Below, in pieces: positions 29,791 through 43,745 of a stretch of 64,000 nucleotides of DNA. The notes beneath the pieces are model-generated. The model saw nothing but the letters and a program-made list of their open reading frames with translations, was not told where the DNA came from and ran no database searches. The translations under genes and the position numbers were made by a program. The stretch comes from Octopus vulgaris (taxonomy: Eukaryota): positions 26,784,001 to 26,848,000 of the forward strand of contig OX597831.1 of assembly GCA_951406725.2 (NCBI GenBank). The letters run 5' to 3'. Every line of letters starts with the position of its first letter. The first letter of the stretch is position 1.

Positions 29791-29865
29791 TCTCAACAGC
29801 CAGGAGGTATATACATGATCCCTTTTTTTTAACAAACTTCATGTACTTTCATGTATTTATATTAA
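28450..29865 (+). repeat. 711-bp tandem duplication inside the Helitron
   Basis: TACCAAAATCACAATTGG at 28450 and 29161. Antisense ORFs 28605 and 29316 are offset by exactly 711. Only a few differences separate the copies. Confidence 0.97.
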
Positions 29866-29875
29866 TATACATATA

Positions 29876-29942
<67 letters not shown>

Positions 29943-29960
29943 CTATATATATATATATAT

Positions 29961-30019
29961 AACAGAAAAGTCTAATTCTTCTATTGAATGTAACCGGGCA
30001 ACGCCGGGTATCTCTGCTA

Positions 30020-30020
<1 letters not shown>
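29961..30020 (+). mobile_element. Helitron 3' terminus
   Basis: Hairpin ACCGGGCAACGCCGGGT (29993-30009), then CTAG (30017-30020) followed by T in (TA)n. Confidence 0.9.
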
Positions 30021-30094
<74 letters not shown>

Positions 30095-30109
30095 TATATA
30101 CATATATAC

Positions 30110-30163
<54 letters not shown>

Positions 30164-30333
30164 GTATATGCATCTAATAATAATAATAAATTATTCTTGT
30201 GTATGCATATACATGCAAATAGGTATGTACATTTAAGTGTAGGTATATGTATTTATGCATATGTATGTATATGTATAAGTATGTATATGTGTGTGTATTT
30301 ATATTTATAACTTAACCTTATGTACTTTCTAAA

Positions 30334-30457
30334 ATCTCTGACGAAGCCTAGAGAAACACCCAAGTGCCTCAATTTCATCTACTAAATACTTCAGTCTACT
30401 GGATGGATAAAGGTAGAATGAAGTAATTTTGCCTGTTGGCTGAAACAGCTGTAAGAT
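30334..30457 (+). ncRNA. Type I hammerhead ribozyme with intact core and 89-nt loop II
   Basis: Stem I ATCT/AGAT, CTGACGA 30338-30344, stem II AGCC/GGCT, GAAA 30442-30445, palindromic stem III ACAGCTGT, cleavage triplet GTA ending at 30453. Confidence 0.75.
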
Positions 30458-30671
30458 ATTTTCCCAATTTCTATTCCTGTATGTTATATATTTTAATAAT
30501 ACTGGTATTACTTTATATATTATATATGTAAAGCACATGTTATACATGTATGTATATTGTTGTAATTGTCATTTTAGCAAATAAATAAATAAATTGACTT
30601 AGTATAATGTCTAAAAGTTGATGAATACCACCTATTGATCCCCTCCATTTTCTTATTCCTCTCACTCTCTC

Positions 30672-30757
<86 letters not shown>

Positions 30758-31050
30758 GATAAATAAATAAAATATATGCATATATACATACATATATGTA
30801 CGTACCTACCTCTACATGTATATATACATGTATATATGGGTACAGGACACAAAAAAAAACGTCGAACGCAATAAGAAACGAAAACATAAACACAAAACCA
30901 AGGAAATGGACATTTTATTTAAAACAACGAAAAAATAGAGTACAGGACATACAAAACAAGGAAAATTCCCCTTCTTCAGTCGCTTAATTTCATCTACTCC
31001 ACGTTTCGAAGGTCAAGGCGATACATGTCTTCAATGAAATTTTCCTCCCT
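30758..31050 (-). mobile_element. Family E element, longest copy, with a permuted hammerhead-like fold at its 5' end
   Basis: Homologous to the 16575 and 61490 copies. The fold is described under findings. Confidence 0.7.
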
Positions 31051-31644
31051 ATATATATATTGTGTGTATGTGTCCCCTCCACTACCGCTTGACTACCAGT
31101 GTTGGTGTGTTTACGTCCCCGCAAATTAGAGGTTCGGAAAAAGAGATCGATAGATCTATCTCTTTCTAAGTACCAGGTTTAACAAAGATCAAGTACTGGG
31201 ATCAATTCACTCGACTAAAAATTCTTCAATGTGGTGCTCCAGCATGGCCGCAGTCTAATGAAGAAAACAAGTAGAAGATAAAAGACACGCTATTTTAAAT
31301 ACTTTGGAAATAGGCTCAAACGCAAATGATAGATAGCATGTCTTTAGCAAGGAACTCCAAGGCGTAGGAGTGGCTGTGTGGTAAGTAGCTTACTGTCTGA
31401 AAACGCATAGAAGGATACACTTTTGATTCGTTAACAAGAGTGGCAAAGCAGATAATATATCATTTGTAATTAAAAACGAAAATGCCATTCTTTGCTCTAA
31501 ATATCTAATTTACGGGAACTAATTAAATGCAACTCGTCGCCATCTTCTGACGTTTTCTTTAAAATGTATCACACTGGAAAATTCTTCAAACGAATGACCA
31601 AACAGGAACATACATACGTACATACACACATACACTACATAGAT

Positions 31645-31685
<41 letters not shown>

Positions 31686-31727
31686 TACACATATATATAT
31701 ATATGTACATATAGATATCTATCTATC

Positions 31728-31896
<169 letters not shown>

Positions 31897-32652
31897 TCGC
31901 ATATACATATGCTCATACATACAGAGATATATACGCACATACACACACGAACATACACATGCAAACACATATACATATAATACATACGCAGACATGTATA
32001 CACACATATATATGCATGCATACATATTTCCATACACACAAACACATACATGCACACGTACGTATATGTATACATACAAATTGCTCACCGAACGACACAT
32101 AATCTACATCGATGTTTTTTGCTTGCCTGTCGTATACCACCTACAAACTGTTCCATAAATACTCGGCTATCGATTAAAAATCAATCATACGGTGGTTTAT
32201 GTGAACAAAGATAGAACAACCTGACAATATCTCGCTATATTTTAATGCACAAACACACACACATGTCTCGTTGATATACATACACAAGCGTGCGCACGCA
32301 CTCACATACACATATATACACACATATACACTCATACAGAGGGGTACACACAGAAAAAATATATATGTGCACACAAATTGAGTGAAAGATATGTATGTAC
32401 GTATGTCTACATATACATGCAAATATATATATATCTAGGCCTGATACTTATTCTATCGCGCCATTTTGCCGAACCGCAAAGTTATGGGGACGTAAGCTCA
32501 CCAACACCGGTTGTCCAGAGGTGGTGGGGGCAAATATAGAGACAAAGACGCATACACACACGCGCACACACACCTATATTCTTTTCTTTTAGTTGTTTCA
32601 GTTCATACAGTCCATACTGGAGCACCGCCTTACACACACACACACACACATA

Positions 32653-33253
<601 letters not shown>

Positions 33254-33286
33254 ATGAAAAGTTGATTTGTGAAAGCACGTGGTTGA

Positions 33287-33533
33287 ATATATAGAAAATA
33301 GTAAGAAGTGAAAAAACTACAGAAGGCTTGTTTTAAAAGGTTAAAAAATATATATTTGAGTCAATATGTCTGAAGAATATTATAAATTTTTTTTTCTCTT
33401 GCAATGACATTGTCATTGTTAGAGAAAAAAAAAATTTATAATATTCTTCAGACATATTGACTCAAATATATATTTTTTAACCTTTTAAAACAAGCCTTCT
33501 GTAGTTTTTTCACTTCTTACTATTTTCTATATA
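33287..33533. repeat. Near-perfect AT-rich palindrome (~123-bp arms, 1-nt centre at 33410)
   Basis: Centre CAATGACA-T-TGTCATTG. The arms differ only by 2 substitutions and one homopolymer length. Confidence 0.95.
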
Positions 33534-33650
33534 TATATATATAAATTAGAGAAAAACCACTATTATGCAATTCAAACAATGATAGACATAAACCATACCA
33601 TAAAAAAAAATATATATATTATAAAACTAGATCACAAAAAGTACAAAAAA

Positions 33651-34527
33651 AACGACAGATGAAATCGTTTCTACACTAGGCACAAGGCCCGAAATTTCTG
33701 GGGAGGGGGCTTGTCGATCAGTTCGACCCCAGTACGCAACTGGTAGTTAATTTATCGACCCCGAAAGAATGAACGGCAAAGTCGACCTCAGCGAAATCTG
33801 AACATGAGGCGTAACGACAGATGAAATCGTTTCTACTCTAGGCACAAGGCCCGAAATTTCTGGGGAGGGGGCTTGTCGATCAGTTCGACCCCAGTACGCA
33901 ACTGGTAGTTAATTTATCGACCCCGAAAGAATGAACGGCAAAGTCGACCTCAGCGAAATCTGAACATGAGGCGTAACGACAGATGAAATCGTTTCTACTC
34001 TAGGCACAAGGCCCGAAATTTCTGGGGAGGGGCTTGTCGATCAGTTCGACCCCAGTACGCAACTGGTACGTGATTTATTGACCCCGAAAGAATGAACGGC
34101 AAAGTCGACCTCAGCAAAATCTGAACATAAGGCGTAACGACAGATGAAATCGTTTCTACTCTAGGCACAAGGCCCGAAATTTCTGGGGAGGGGGCTTGTC
34201 GATCAGTTCGACCCCAGTACGCAACTGGTACGTGATTTATCGACCCTGAAAGAATGAACGGCAAAGTCGACCTCAGCGAAATCTGAACATGAGGCGTAAC
34301 GACAGATGAAATCTTTTCTACTCTAGGCACAAGGCCCGAAATTTCTGGGGATGGGGGTAAGTCGATTAGTTCGACCCCAGTACGCAACTGGTACGTGACT
34401 TATCGACCCCGAAAGAATGAACGGCAAAGTCGACCTCAGCAAAATCTGAACAAAGAGCGTAACGACAGATGAAATGTTGCAAAGGACTTTGCCCGGCGTG
34501 TTTACCATTCTGCCAGCTCGTTGCCTT
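33651..34527 (-). repeat. SINE family B pentamer (161-163-bp units plus a single head)
   Basis: AACGACAGATGAAAT at 33651, 33813, 33975, 34136, 34298 and 34461. The head appears only at ~34470-34527. Confidence 0.95.
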
Positions 34528-35016
34528 AGTAACGGAAATTAAAATAAATAAATAAATAAATAAATAAATAAGCCCAATAACAATGGAAACAATAATTAAA
34601 AAAACAAAATAAGCTGGCGTAGAATACAATAAGACACGTGACCCAGACCATCCCACCTAATAAAATCTTTTTACACACTATTATGTTTTTTTAATTCCTT
34701 TCAACTTTTAATCTTTACTCTTTAACCTCATCCAGCCATGCTCCCCCCCCCCCCCGCCCTAGTCTCTACTCACTTTATATTTTGACACTACAAAATCACT
34801 TTATTTGTTTTTAATACGTTATTTTACTTTTCTATCGTCAAATCTCACCTTATCTCTTCTCTATCTCTTTCCTATCTTACATCTTACGATCGCTTTCTTC
34901 ACACCACTATTATTATTTCAGTCAATAGTTTTATCCTCGTTTTTATTAATCTTTTTTTGTTGTAATCATTACCACCTGACCATCGCAACTAGTATTTTGA
35001 TTATGATTAGTACTTT

Positions 35017-35047
<31 letters not shown>

Positions 35048-36505
35048 AATAATAATAATAATAAGGATAATTAGAATGATGATGGTGGTGGTAATAATGA
35101 TTCAGAGTTCAAATTCCGCCGAGGTCAACTTTGCCTTTCATCCTTTCGGGGTCGACTAAATAAGTACTAGTTACGCACTGGGGTCGATATAATCGACTTA
35201 ATCCGTTTGTCTGTCCTTGCTTGTCCTCTCTGTGTTTAGACCCTTGTGGGTAGTAAAGAAATAGGTAATAATGATGATAATGAAGATGATGATGATGATG
35301 ATGAGGAGGAGGAGGAGGAGGAGGATGGTGATGGTGATGGTGATGGTGGTGATGGTGATGATGGTGATGATGATGATGTTGCGGTACCAGGCAGTGACCA
35401 AATTCTAACTGGGTCCCACCCGCAAGGTCATGCGTTGTTTATCTTGAACTTCTGCTGACTCTTTCGCCACAACTTTCTCTCACTCTTTCCCCCCCCCCTG
35501 CATCTTGCAGCTCACCTGCGACGGACCGGCGTCCCGTCCAGGTGGGGAACCTATACGCCAAGGAAACCGGGAAACCGGTCCTTATGAGCCAGGCGTGACT
35601 CGAGAAGGAACAAACAACAATGTGCGTGCGCGTGCGAGTATGTGTGGGTGGCACGCGTGTGTGTTTAGACCAAAGATCATATATTTACTAGTCGTCTCTG
35701 AGGAGATGGCCATGTGGTAAGAAGATAATATACACCAATTTCCCTGACTTTTTTTAGTATCATTGTGTTGTTTCTTAACACAGATTACAACAATCGAGTG
35801 AAATCGCCTACTTTATTGTTACAATGTATGATACTTCGAGTTTTGTTGTACACAGATTTGTTACAGTTCTGTTATCCATTCTATAGGTAGTTAAGTGCAT
35901 CCGTGGGCGACTGCTAGAAGATGGATGGAAGAAAGAGAGAGAAAGAGTAAAAGAATGTAGACAAGCAGAAAGTTGTATAGTCCCTCCGTGACAAGCCATA
36001 CGTGTAGTGCTCCTATTCCAAGTGAAAGAGGCTCCGCATTTATATTTTGGGTTCTGTATTTATAATTTTTTCTAACTAAATTAGGTCATGCAAAGCAAAG
36101 GATTTTTCGCCTGTTATATGTCTTGATCTAAGTCTGACTAGAAAATGTTACAGGCTAGAAGCTGACTCATGAATCCGAGAACAATAGGAAGGAACATGGA
36201 AAAAAATTTTACGCTAGGTTTTTTGAATCTTGGCTATGAATCTAAGGAGGTATTCGCAACTCGTCTATCAATACCAGTTCTCTAAGGCCTGTGATTCGCC
36301 ACTTCAATTCTCCGAGTAACTCCTGCTTGCATTTTACTGTTTTTAAGAGTGTGTAACACCATAGCATTCCTGTTTTACTGGATTTGACGTCTAACCCCAT
36401 GAGTATTAACAACCGGCTTGGTTTCCGTTTAAGCACCCTTACTTCACAAATACAACAGTTCATCAACCCCTTTTTTTTTTAACGATACGCTCTCGGCTCG
36501 CTATT

Positions 36506-36818
36506 GGTTACGACGACGAGAGTTCAAGTTGATCCGATCGACGGAACAGCCTGCACGTGACATTAATGTGCAAGTGGCTGAGCGTTCCACAGACACACGT
36601 ACTCTCAACGTAGTTCTCGGGCAGAGCCAGCATGACACAGAATATATTTATGGCTAGCCTTTTGAATTACAGGCACAATTCACTTTTGCGAGCTGAATGT
36701 ACCGGAAGAACGCGAAATTAAGTGTCTTGGTCAAGGTCAAAACGCACCGCCGGGAATCGAACTCACGATCTCACGATCGCGAGCCGAATACCCTAACCAC
36801 TAAGCCACGCACCTTCAC
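36506..36818 (-). mobile_element. SINE with a D-type tRNA head and the family C tail
   Basis: Head GTGAAGGTGCGTGGCTTAGTGGTTAGGG, tail ..GCAGGCTGTTCCGTCGATCGGATCAAC..GTCGTCGTAACC. A related diverged copy lies at ~4676-4925. Confidence 0.8.
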
Positions 36819-37539
36819 TAACGACACACACACACACACAGATACAGTATCACACTCACATACACGCCATTTACCTTCTCGGGCCTCACGGTTTACTCAA
36901 CACATGTACAGGCACTTCATCCAACGCATGTACATACTTCACCAAATAAACTCTCTGTTACACACACATACACACACAAACACACACTCTATATTTCACC
37001 ACTCTTGTTCTACACACGCACCAATACACTGTATAAACACGCACCCACTCCCCACATCATCACAACACACATATTTCACACCTCCTTCCCTCCCTCCACA
37101 TACTATACACTATACTACACCACTTCGTTTCTACGCTCGCACTGCATACAAATACACCGACATACCCCATGCTCACCCACCTTCTCTATTCACGTACAGA
37201 CACACATATATACAATCACACCCACAAACACTCATACACACACTCACACACAATCACACACACACAATCCCACACATACTCACACACAATCACACATACA
37301 CACTTCTTCACCTACCCACCTACCATACACGTCAAACATTTCAAAAATTTTCTTTTGTTCACACAAAATGGTTTTGTCGTCAGAAATCAGAATATTGCGT
37401 TGAAATATTTCAAAATGGCTCCCGGGCTGAAAGTCAGACAATGTTTGTATAACACTTAAAGAGGCCAACAATGGCGTGAATTTGGATAATGAACTGAAAG
37501 GAGGATGTAGTAAAATGTTGTTGAAATGCCCAAAACACG

Positions 37540-37880
37540 AGACTGCATCCGGTGATAAGACACAGCCTCGCGTCGTTATTTTGACCAAAAATGTTATCTA
37601 AAGGCTTGGTTGGGAAGTTCTACCACACCCATCGTATTCTTCTGTCAGAGCACCTTCAGAATATAACATTTTCTGGTCGCTCTTTAACAGTCTGCGTGGT
37701 GTTTTGTTCAACAACGACGTGGAGACGAAAATGTCGAACGTGGCTCGATTAATTTTTCGAGTCAAGACACAAGGGTTTAAACTGTCAAAGCATTGACAAG
37801 AACGTAGGACGTTGGCAAGAAACCGTGAACAAAGGAAGAGAATAAATTCTGGACTGATTTGTTAAAACTGTTAATGAAAA
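37540..37880 (+). pseudogene. Decayed mariner transposase C-terminus
   Basis: LGWEVLPHPSYSSVRAPSEYNIFWSLFNSLRG resembles the mariner motif LGWEVLPHPPYSPDLAPSDYHLFRSL. Confidence 0.8.
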
Positions 37881-38360
37881 GAAGGATTGAAATAAATGGA
37901 GAAAATAAACAGAAGAATATACACATATGCATACATACATGAGAATATATACATAAAACATACAAATCTGCACATATATACATACATACAAAAATACCCT
38001 GTTGTTGATGTTGGAATTTCAATGAAGGGATCTTGGATCTAGATTAGAAACCGGTTCTTTCTCTAAGGGAAAGAAATCTTGAAATAAACTGAGTAATGAC
38101 GTACATATACACAAACATATATACATACATACATACATACATAAATCTATATCCACAGGTGCATGTTTGTATGAATGCGTGCATGTATGTATCTATCTAT
38201 GTGTGCATGCATAGGTATATATATATATATATGTATATATGTGTGTGTATATGTATATATTCATATATATATATACGTATGTATATATACCTATATATAC
38301 ATTTATATATATACATATATATATATACATATATATATATATACACACACATATACATAT

Positions 38361-38458
<98 letters not shown>

Positions 38459-38958
38459 TATATATACACACACATGCCTGCTCGAATAATTTCGCGTTTT
38501 TCCACTTTATTTCTAGGTACAAATGACTTCTTTTTTTATATCTAGCCCTATGTCTTTCTCTATTTCTAAGTTAAGGGTTAAAATAAAGCAACCCTGCAAA
38601 ACACAACTGATCTTTACACACAGACGCACAGAATAACAGCAATCAAAAAATGACAGCGGAGTGCACAACAAACATCAGCGATCTGTCTGTCGCCTGTACT
38701 CTTGAGAAACAAATGCCAGTTTTTAACACCTACTCGTTCGTATTAGCCCGAGCTACAGGATAAATTTTCCTTCCTTTAATAATATTGTAGAACGGAAACT
38801 TTTCATAAATTGAAATGTAAATACTAATCTCTATAGAACTTTATTGTTTCAAAACATTAAAGACTTTTTCACTTTCCGAGCGTTATACTAATACATCTCT
38901 GTTGTCTACACCACCTGCCTTCGTCTTCTGTTGTTTTTTTTTGTGAATTCTCCCAATA

Positions 38959-39327
38959 TCTCTCTATATATAAACGGCAGTTTGTCTGTGTGTGTTTCTG
39001 TGTGTCTGTTAGGTTGTACCCTCACCCTGACCACGGCTTTCAACCGATTCTGATGAAACTTGACACACACATAGCCCAATGTCGTAATTCAAAACTAACG
39101 CAGCGAAAATTTTGAAAAGTTCCCCCAGTTCTGAAAAAAATCGATAAATTCGACATAGGGTCGAGAATCAGAAACACAAACCACAGACTGTCTAGGGGAT
39201 GCAACTCGACCTTTTTAACTAAAAAAATTTACCATCATTTTTTTTCCATTTTTTGGCTATAACTCTCTAAAAATGCTTTATAGTTATTTCCCTTACAAAC
39301 CCGAGCAACGCCGGGCGATACTGCTAG
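38959..39327 (+). mobile_element. Non-autonomous Helitron
   Basis: A|TC start, hairpin CCCGAGCAACGCCGGG, CTAG|T end at 39324-39328. The 3' ~100 bp is nearly identical to the 6038 element. Confidence 0.88.
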
Positions 39328-39344
39328 TATATATATATAAATAA

Positions 39345-39412
<68 letters not shown>

Positions 39413-39608
39413 ATATTTAAGAGATGATGAATTATATACATTATTTACATTTGACGGATATTTGGTGAAGGGAATGTTCTTTATGTTGCCTGTCTCGTTT
39501 CTCTGTTTTTCGTCGTTCGAAAAAGAGTTTTCTATGTTTTTGCTTTTTGTTTTCGTTTCTCATTCTGTCTACTTTTTTTCTTTTTTGATATCCTGTGCAC
39601 ATATATGC

Positions 39609-39734
<126 letters not shown>

Positions 39735-39756
39735 GTATGTACATATATGTATGCCC

Positions 39757-40013
39757 GTGGGCACATGGCGTAGTAGTTTACGAGTCCGGGCCACTAACCC
39801 CAAGATTCCGAGTTCGATTACAGGCAGTGAACTGAATAATAATAATTATAATAATTAATAATAACAACATCGAAAAATACCTTTAGAATGAGAACCCAAG
39901 TTCGAAATTTTCCCAAGACACCTGATGAAGGCTGGAGGGTATATCAGCCGATACGTTGTGTTAACAACAAACAAGATTAGGACAAATATCCGTCAAATGT
40001 AAATAATGTAAAT
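39757..40013 (+). mobile_element. tRNA-headed short element carrying a minimal hammerhead ribozyme (SINE/retrozyme-like)
   Basis: A box TGGCGTAGTAG 39766-39776, B box GAGTTCGATTAC 39810-39821, (AAT)n linker, then ACAC-CTGATGA-A-GGCTG..CAGCC-GATA-CGT-T-GTGT at 39918-39961. Confidence 0.7.
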
Positions 40014-40220
40014 ATATATACATATAATATAAATAATGTATAAATATATGCATATATACATACATATATGTACATACCAACATATATATATGCATATACC
40101 CATGCATATATGGGTACAGGACATCAAAAAAACGTAGACAGGATGAGAAACGAAAACATAAAAAACAAAAACATGGAAAACCAACGTACACACACACATA
40201 TGTATGCGTGTATATATATA

Positions 40221-40470
40221 CATATTCTGTTGTGTCTGGGGAGAGTCATTTAACACACCCACCGGTAAAATTTCCACTTATTTCTTTTTTAATTTAAATT
40301 TTTTTTATTTTAAAACAAAGAAAAGAAAAGAAATAAGTGGAAATTTTACCGGTGTGTGTGTTAAATTATAAGGCACAAAAAGAAAATGACTCTCCCCAGA
40401 CACAACAGAATATGCTTCAACACATGAACTCATATAAAGAATCTTGCAAACCAAATCCCAAAACGAAATA
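40221..40470. repeat. Family H element in inverted (fold-back) arrangement
   Basis: TATTCTGTTGTGTCTGGGGAGAGTCATT and CACCGGTAAAATTTCCACTTATTTC are each mirrored. The same family and arrangement recur at 48582-48862. Confidence 0.85.
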
Positions 40471-40550
40471 TATATACATACATATATATGTGTGTGTATA
40501 CATACATATATATGTGTGTGTATGTGTATACATATATGTATATACATATA

Positions 40551-40745
40551 CTCTTTTACTTGTTTCAGTCATTTGACTGCGGCCATGCTGGAGCACCGCC
40601 TTTAATCGAGCAACTCGACCCCGGGACTCATTCTTTTGTAAGCCCAGTACTTATTCTATCGGTCTCTTTTGCCGAACCCCTAGGTAACGGGGACATAAAC
40701 ACCAGCATCGGTTGTCAAGCAATGCTAGGGGGACAAACACACACA

Positions 40746-40822
<77 letters not shown>

Positions 40823-40986
40823 ACGACGGGCTTCTTTCAGTTTCCATCTACCAAATCCACTCACAAGGCTTTGGTCGGCCCGAAGCTATAGTAGAAGATA
40901 CTTGCCCAAGGTGCCACGCAGTGGGACTGAACTCGGAACTATGTGGTTGGTAAACAAGCTACTTACCACACAGCCACTCTTGTGCC
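40551..40986 (-). mobile_element. SINE family A, full length
   Basis: Complete match, with internal (TA)n. Confidence 0.92.
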
Positions 40987-41035
40987 TATAATACATACAT
41001 ACATACATACATACATACATACATACATACATACA

Positions 41036-41069
<34 letters not shown>

Positions 41070-41479
41070 CATATATATATATATACATACATACATATAT
41101 ATGTATGTATGTGTGTGTGTATGTGTGTATGTATACATATATGTATATACATATGTATATATTTATATGTATGTGTATGTATATATGTAAGTATGCATGC
41201 ATGCAGATGCGTGTATGTTGCTTACACGTCATTTTATGTCGCGTAACCTAGTAGTAAGGTAAACAGAGATCGATAAAATAGGTAGCAGACTGCAGTAAGC
41301 ACTAAGCGCGACGTAATCGACCGAAAAATAAAAATTAAGGCTAGTGCTCGAGCATGGGCACAGACTAAAGTCTGACTAAACTATTGTTCTTGAGAGAAGA
41401 GAATTTCCACTCGTGAAAGGTCATTGACATCTGTGGAAGCCGTTAAGATAAAAATGTTCAGCAATATCACCAGAACGGT

Positions 41480-41890
41480 CATTGGCATCACAACCGCCGC
41501 CGCCACAACCACCGCCACCGCCGCCACCGCCGTTATAGCAATCATCAGCATCACTATCATAAGCATCACCAACATCACCAACATCACCACCGCCACCGCT
41601 GCCGATACAGCCACCATCATCATCACTATCATTAGCATCACCAACATCAACACCACCACCACCACCACCGCCGCCGCCGCCGATATAGCCACCAACATCA
41701 TCATCACCATCATTAGCATCACCGACATCAACACCACCACCACCACCGCCGCCGCCGATATAGCCACCATCATCATCAGCATCATTAGCATCACCAACAT
41801 CAACACCACCACCGCCGCCGCCGATACAGTCACCATCATCAGCAGCAGCATCACCACCACCATCGTCACCGCTATTACTACTACAACTAT
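41480..41890. repeat. Trinucleotide-based (ACC/ATC/GCC) higher-order minisatellite, ~60-70-bp units
   Basis: ATCATTAGCATCACC(A/G)ACATCAACACCACC..GCCGCCGATA recurs about 4-5 times. Confidence 0.85.
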
Positions 41891-42361
41891 CACCCCCCCC
41901 CCCAATAACAACAACAACAAAAACAAGGAAATTTACAGTGACTAACGAGAAAGTAATAATGATGATGGCGGCGGCGGCGGCGGCGGCGGCGAGGAGGAGG
42001 AGGAGGATAATGTGGCGGAGGAAGAGGAAGTTAGCAATGACTTCTGATATGTATGCTTCAATGCTTGCATGTATGTATGTATGTATGTATGTATATGCAT
42101 GTATGTATGTATGTATGTATGTGTGTTTGTATGTATGTATGTATGTATGTATGTATGTATGTATATGCATGTATGTATGTATGTATGTATGTGTGTTTGT
42201 ATGTATGCATGTAAGGATGTATATGTGTATGTATGTCCTGTATGTGTGCACACGTGCATACATATATATACACTCACACACACACATATATATATACACA
42301 CACATACACACATATATATATATATATATACACGTATATATACATACACACACACGCATAC

Positions 42362-42415
<54 letters not shown>

Positions 42416-42485
42416 GACCACAACGAGTAAAGGAGTAAAAGAATAAAATATAGATATATATATACACATGCATACATACATACAT

Positions 42486-42522
<37 letters not shown>

Positions 42523-42562
42523 TACATACATACATACATACATACATACATACATACATACA

Positions 42563-42593
<31 letters not shown>

Positions 42594-42748
42594 GAATGAA
42601 TGGGAGTGTGAGAGCGTGTGGTTGTGTGTGAATAGCTTTTGTATGTATGTGTATTGGATTAAAAGTACGACTGTCCGAATGTAGATATCAACGTACGTGA
42701 ATTATGTGGTCGTGCGTGCGTGCGCAGGCGCGCGCATGTGTATGTCTA

Positions 42749-42816
<68 letters not shown>

Positions 42817-43031
42817 TGTACGGCGTGATTGCGTGGGCGGTTGTAGAGGATCTTGACTCAGTATCCCCCGCAGTCATCGATCGATGGTTGACATAGCAAC
42901 ATTCCTGGTATATATATGTCTGTGTGTCCGTATGTCTCTGCGTCTAATTGTCTGTGCGTTTGTGCGTGAGCAACAATAACATAACAGACATAGCAATTTG
43001 TGTATATGAATGTAATCGATCTATGTACAGT

Positions 43032-43745
<714 letters not shown>

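Noticed and set aside
33370-33452. CTGAAGA/TCTTCAG motifs as hammerheads
   Set aside because: There is no GAAA-stem III-UH half. The second motif is simply the mirror arm of the palindrome.
33651-34527. Regular array resembling CRISPR
   Set aside because: Whole 162-bp units repeat with no unique spacers, the unit is a SINE body and there are no cas genes.
36697-37452. 251-aa His/Thr-rich ORF
   Set aside because: It is made of a SINE head plus degenerate (CA)n sequence plus a transposon fragment.
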